The notes below the pieces were generated by a model, which had not been told where the DNA came from, ran no database searches, and saw only the letters and a program-made list of their open reading frames with translations. The position numbers and the translations under genes are program-made. From Leidyana gryllorum EB-2025a (Eukaryota; Protista; Apicomplexa), in NCBI GenBank assembly GCA_048772705.1, contig JBLWGC010000194.1, positions 124,001 to 188,000 of the forward strand: a stretch of 64,000 bases of DNA. Reading direction: 5' to 3'. Of the stretch, positions 59,779 to 64,000 are shown piece after piece (within the stretch, counting starts at the first letter, position 1; the number at the start of each line of letters is the position of its first letter).

Positions 59779-62700
59779 CTATCTATCAGAATGAGAAGAA
59801 AAGGACCGCGCCACGCGACTCAAGAGGGACTCATACTGTGGTGGCTCGTGCCAGTCTAACGAATCATCTCTTTGTGCTCCCGGCGATACCTCAGATTGAT
59901 GCCATGTCCGTCTACGCGAGGATTTAGACATTTGCAGTATCCCAGACAACATTTCATCGGGTGTTTCTATTCGAGGACGTGCCAACACACTGAACCTTCG
60001 CTTCCTCTGAACTCCCGCCCCGTCCACAGCCTCGTGATCTTCCAACAGGGCTTTCAATTTCCGCGACGACTTTCTCCGCACGATGCCTTTGACTTTGCTG
60101 CTCACAGCTTGTGTAACAATGGCCTTCAAAATATACCAACTCAGCTCCGCTCCCAGTAAACCTGCCAGAGAGGAGGACTTGACATCCTTCAAGTCAATGG
60201 CTGGCAAGTTGATCACTGCGTCCTCAATTCGCATCAAACCGTTGTAGCTGAACAGCAATTGTTGAGCGTTCACTTGCAAATCCCGCACGAACACAGGGCT
60301 CGCTCCCTCCTTGCTACCTTTCCCCGTAGGTCCAGCCTCCAATTTCGGGGGTACGGGGGGACTCGCGTCCGCAGCATTCGGCATTCCTTCAGCTGCACCC
60401 AAGAGTTGAACCTCAGCAGCTTGCCAGGACTCCAGGATCTTTCTCCTCTCCAACTCTGCTGCTTCTTGCTCTGCGACGGCAGCGGCGGAGAAAAACGTTG
60501 TGATCTCCACCAAGAAGCGTTGGGAGAGGTTCAGAGAGAGTGGCTGGAACTGAAAGAAAGCTGTCTCCGGAAGATCGCACACTATAGCACACTTACCACG
60601 ATCCGCATAAATTCGTACACTTCGATGGTAGAACGGTCGTCATCGCTGCCGTTGCCTGAACACCCCTCGAACTCAGTGAAGAGAGGGAAAGTGGTGCGAG
60701 TGGGGTCAGGTTTGAGGTAGCTGGAATCACTCTTGTATTTCGCATGGAAGATTCTGCTTCGTCGAGTCTTTCGATGGCCGGTGGCAGCCTTGACGGTCCT
60801 CAGGTTCAGCGAACTCGAGACTGCTGACCACCTGAAGACAGGAGTGTCATCATTACCATCTACGGTCAAGGGTGCCAGGACTCTTGCACAGTAATCCCCC
60901 TTCTTCTTCAGCAGAGCCTCAGAATTTGAGTTGATGAGTATATCGCCAACTTCAAGATACTGCCGAGTGGTGCGGGGGGCAATGGTGTTGAAGTCGACAT
61001 GAAGTCGAGTCTCATTGAGCCTACAGCGCAGTATGTGTTTGGTTTTGCCCTGTTTCTGTTGCATCGCTCTCAGCCTCAGCTTGATCTCATCTTCGGCATC
61101 ACGCTTTTCCAGACTCTTGATGGCCTCACAGATAGTCAAATCGCAGGCCGACCCTCCGAACCCGGCCTCCAACGTCACTGAACCCTGCCCGAAGCGAGCT
61201 GAAGCGCATATTCTTTGCTCTCGACCCCTCGGAGAAGAGGAATCCTTCCTCGGCGAGGCCTGCAGCCAATTCTGCACCGCACCATTGATTTCAGAGGCTT
61301 TCTCACAACTACTCGCCAGATGGTGATAATCGGCAGCATTGAGAGCGACAATGATCTTTGGGACTTCGACGTTCATTTGTGTCAATCCGCCTGCGAGCAG
61401 AGCCCTCTTGTAGGATGCCGAGAGACACACGACTTGGCGAAGGATGTGACTCAGGTGAGTATCGGCCTGATGGTCGCCAAAGTACCTTCGCAAAGCCTTC
61501 CACTCCGTCTGCTCAGCCGAAAGTGGTGAGGACAGCGATGTTCGCATCACTATCAACTGATCACAGTGAAGCTCGAAGGATCTCAATATCTCCTGCGCTG
61601 TCTCTCCATCGCAGGGTTTCATTGTAGTCCCGGTGTCTTGCGTCACCATCACTCCCAGGGAGGCGACTCGAGCCCACCAGCTGGTCGGTCGCAAGCCCGA
61701 ATGTGCCACCGGCATTGGCGCCAAAGTCAATAGTTTGCAGTAGATGGCATCGGGCGACGGTAGGAAGACATTCGGACGACCCTCTTTGGGTCTGTCTTCT
61801 GGGGGAATGCAGTTCTGAGGTTGCATCAAGGCCGTCGAGGAGCATTTTAGCAGAGGCTCCTGGACGTGAATGTGAATCGGCCGGTGTGATCTTCCACTCA
61901 GTACACTCGACGGCATCAGGGGGTCCTCATCCACTCTACTGGTTATTCGTGAGAAGTACATCCCCTCCATATCTTCGGTGGACAGAGTGTAAGTGCTGAT
62001 GGTGGGTGAAGGAATCGAATTTGTACTCGGAGTGCAGCCAGAGTATCCCAGAACCCCGACACACAAGAAGCGCAGGCCATATATCAATGGTCGAAGGCAC
62101 CAGGACATGAGGGGCAGATAGAGAGAGCAGGCGGGGTCGCGAATGCTGACGTCATGGCAACCTGCCCCTTGGTCGTAGGTGTAGGTGATCTCCTCAAAGT
62201 TCATGTGCAAAACGCAGATCGATGCATCATGTACATAAAAGTTTGCCTCTTGCACTTCCACATGGGTGGAATGCAAATCTTGCAAACTGAGACCACCTGT
62301 CAACATACCCATGCTCAGTCGGCAATTGGTGCTGAGCACCGTGATGCCTCGGCACAAGAAGCCCAGATTGAGATGGAACCTGGGCTCGGGTTCGGGCTCG
62401 GACTCGGACGGAACATCTACAGAGTTCAGGGCCGAGAGGGTGCTGTTGAGCTGAGAGGTGGTCCTCAAGTCACTATCCAAGTCAAAGGTGGGTGAAGACG
62501 TATGCGACTGGAGACTCTGGCCCTTCACCATTGTCCAGGCTTGGTCCAGGAGTCGCTTCAAGTGCGTCAAGTATTCGACGGTGAGGTTCATATAGGTTCC
62601 AGGGCCGCCGAAATCGAGTCGAACTGCGGCCAGACACGCTTCGTAACCCACATTGATGGGTTCCGTGAAGCGGAAGATTACAACCGAAGCTGTGTTGGTT

Positions 62701-64000
62701 TGTAGTGTGGAGCTGAGAAGCGTTGACATCAAGAATCTGCCGGTAGTGCGGTCATCTTCCAGACTTAGTGATTCTGCTTTGAGGACCAGACTGCCTTGGG
62801 TATCTGTGATTCGGACAGAGAAGGCTTTGCGAACGCCTAAACGCATCAGTTCGAAAGTTCTGCGGGCGGGAGGTGCTGTTTGGTCGTCGTCCTCGAGGTC
62901 GAGTGACCGCCCCAAAGTCGATGAGAAGACGTCAGACGGATGCTCATTCATAGAGTCGGTAGTCAGAGGCGACAAGGTGGCAGGTCCACAGTGTAACATG
63001 GCGTGTTCGAGAACATTCTCCAAGACGTTCTTGACATTCACTTCGGGGTCAGCTGTGATCGAGAGACAGCCGGACCCGTCAACCCCCACGTACAATTCTT
63101 CCGGGTCGATGCGTAGGACCCCATTATGCGCGTTGAGCTCAACTCTGGCCTCATGACAGACTGCTCGCAGCTCATTGACGCTGGTATGGACAACTCTGGC
63201 AAGTTGGACTTCAGTGCTCAGAGTCTCAGCAGGAGTAGCTTTAAAGGTGATCTCGGACATTGCACGCATCTTCCAGCCTCCGACTGCAATGTCCAGAGCG
63301 TTACTTCGTCCCGAGTGGTGCGCTATCCAGGTGTCGAGGAGGATATCCCGGCGTTCTTCACGCAGGATACACTTCTTGACTGAGGAAGTGAGTATGGGAA
63401 CCTGCCACGGGGGGGCTCCCTTGACGAGCTTCCGGCGATGACCCTCCCAGACCGATATCAGGTAATCGAGAGCCGCGTTCTCGATGTCATTGGCCGGCTG
63501 CGGAGAGAATTCGTGCAGATCCAAACCTTGCAGACGCCGTGGAGTGGTAGTGGACGTCGTCTCCTCCTCGTGCGATCGGGTGGTTCCCAAACAACGCACC
63601 CGGGCATCTATATCGTCCGAGACAGCGAGGTACTCCTTGGGGTCTCGGAAGGTCTCTGTTCGCATCCCCAAAGCGATATCAGATGCCCCGAATATCATAG
63701 CCATCAAAGGCGACTGACAGGGAATGACTCGACGGCTTAACAGCGCACACAGATCCTTCAAATGACTCGGGTATTCCATGATTCCGCCGAGTGTGGGGAC
63801 GAAAGCGTCCATCATCGTAGTGATGAGATGGCGAAGCCAAGCTTCACTGCTCAGTCGAAGGCGGCAACTTTCAACAAAGACCTTTACAACCCGAGGTTCA
63901 ATTGTGCCGTCGGCGAGGACGGGCAGATCGGTAGCTTTCCATTCGAGTTCTTCGTGTACGAGGGATAACCAGTCATCAACGATCTTGCAGCATTGGGTAG
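59779..64000 (-). CDS. Bridge-like lipid transfer protein, BLTP2/Hobbit/Fmp27 (KIAA0100)-like C-terminal part; 5'-truncated
   Basis: The frame is open to the window end. After splicing, IEVYEFMRIV|FQPLSLNLSQRFLVEITTFF and VFVRDLQVNAQQLLFSYNG...IEDAVINLPAIDLKD resemble the Apt1/Hobbit C-terminal motifs as I recall them; beta-rich composition. Confidence 0.55.

Noticed and set aside
1-64000. Alternative genetic code, pseudogenes or programmed frameshifts as the cause of fragmented ORFs
   Set aside because: The breaks I checked are explained by phase-compatible GT-AG introns. The only exception is the 2-nt deletion in the mucin.
1-64000. Prokaryotic origin suggested by gene density and the ATGA overlap
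   Set aside because: Spliceosomal introns and eukaryote-specific genes (CSE1, SDA1, RAB3GAP2, gp210-like) are present throughout.
1-64000. tRNA, rRNA, transposons, retroelements
   Set aside because: No cloverleaf or rRNA signatures, terminal repeats, transposase or reverse transcriptase motifs seen by eye. Small ncRNAs cannot be excluded without an Rfam/tRNAscan run.

Overview
This is eukaryotic nuclear DNA, not prokaryotic. It is extremely gene-dense, with about 22 protein-coding genes interrupted by short GT-AG spliceosomal introns (mostly ~40-60 nt; GTAAG/GTGAG donors, YAG acceptors) read in the standard code. The thioredoxin reductase ends in the apicomplexan-type C-terminal redox motif GCGGGKCG, so the source is most likely an apicomplexan or close relative; a gregarine is my inference from the compaction and moderate-to-high GC. 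Splicing the ORF fragments by hand gives, in order: a gp210/Nup210-like nucleoporin (5'-truncated), a bacterial-type SatP acetate/succinate channel, two hypothetical genes, a RING+2xFHA protein, TrxR flanked by two paralogous small membrane proteins, a coiled-coil hypothetical, a stand-alone CPR-like diflavin reductase with a degenerate FMN domain, a DEAH helicase, two paralogous secreted mucin-like genes (one with a ~2.2 kb repeat array and a 2-nt frameshift), SDA1, RAB3GAP2, STT3, FAN1, a predicted GPI-anchored Cys-rich protein, three tandem MFS transporters, a low-complexity hypothetical, GPN2, a giant PH-LRR protein, CSE1 and a BLTP2/Hobbit-like protein (5'-truncated). The most striking features are operon-like packing (an ATGA stop/start overlap, a 2-nt gap, divergent ATGs ~35 nt apart, overlapping convergent CDSs), the twin orphan membrane proteins around TrxR, and the modular mucin pair. 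I found no RNA genes, CRISPR arrays or mobile elements. All family calls come from motif recognition from memory; no searches were run.
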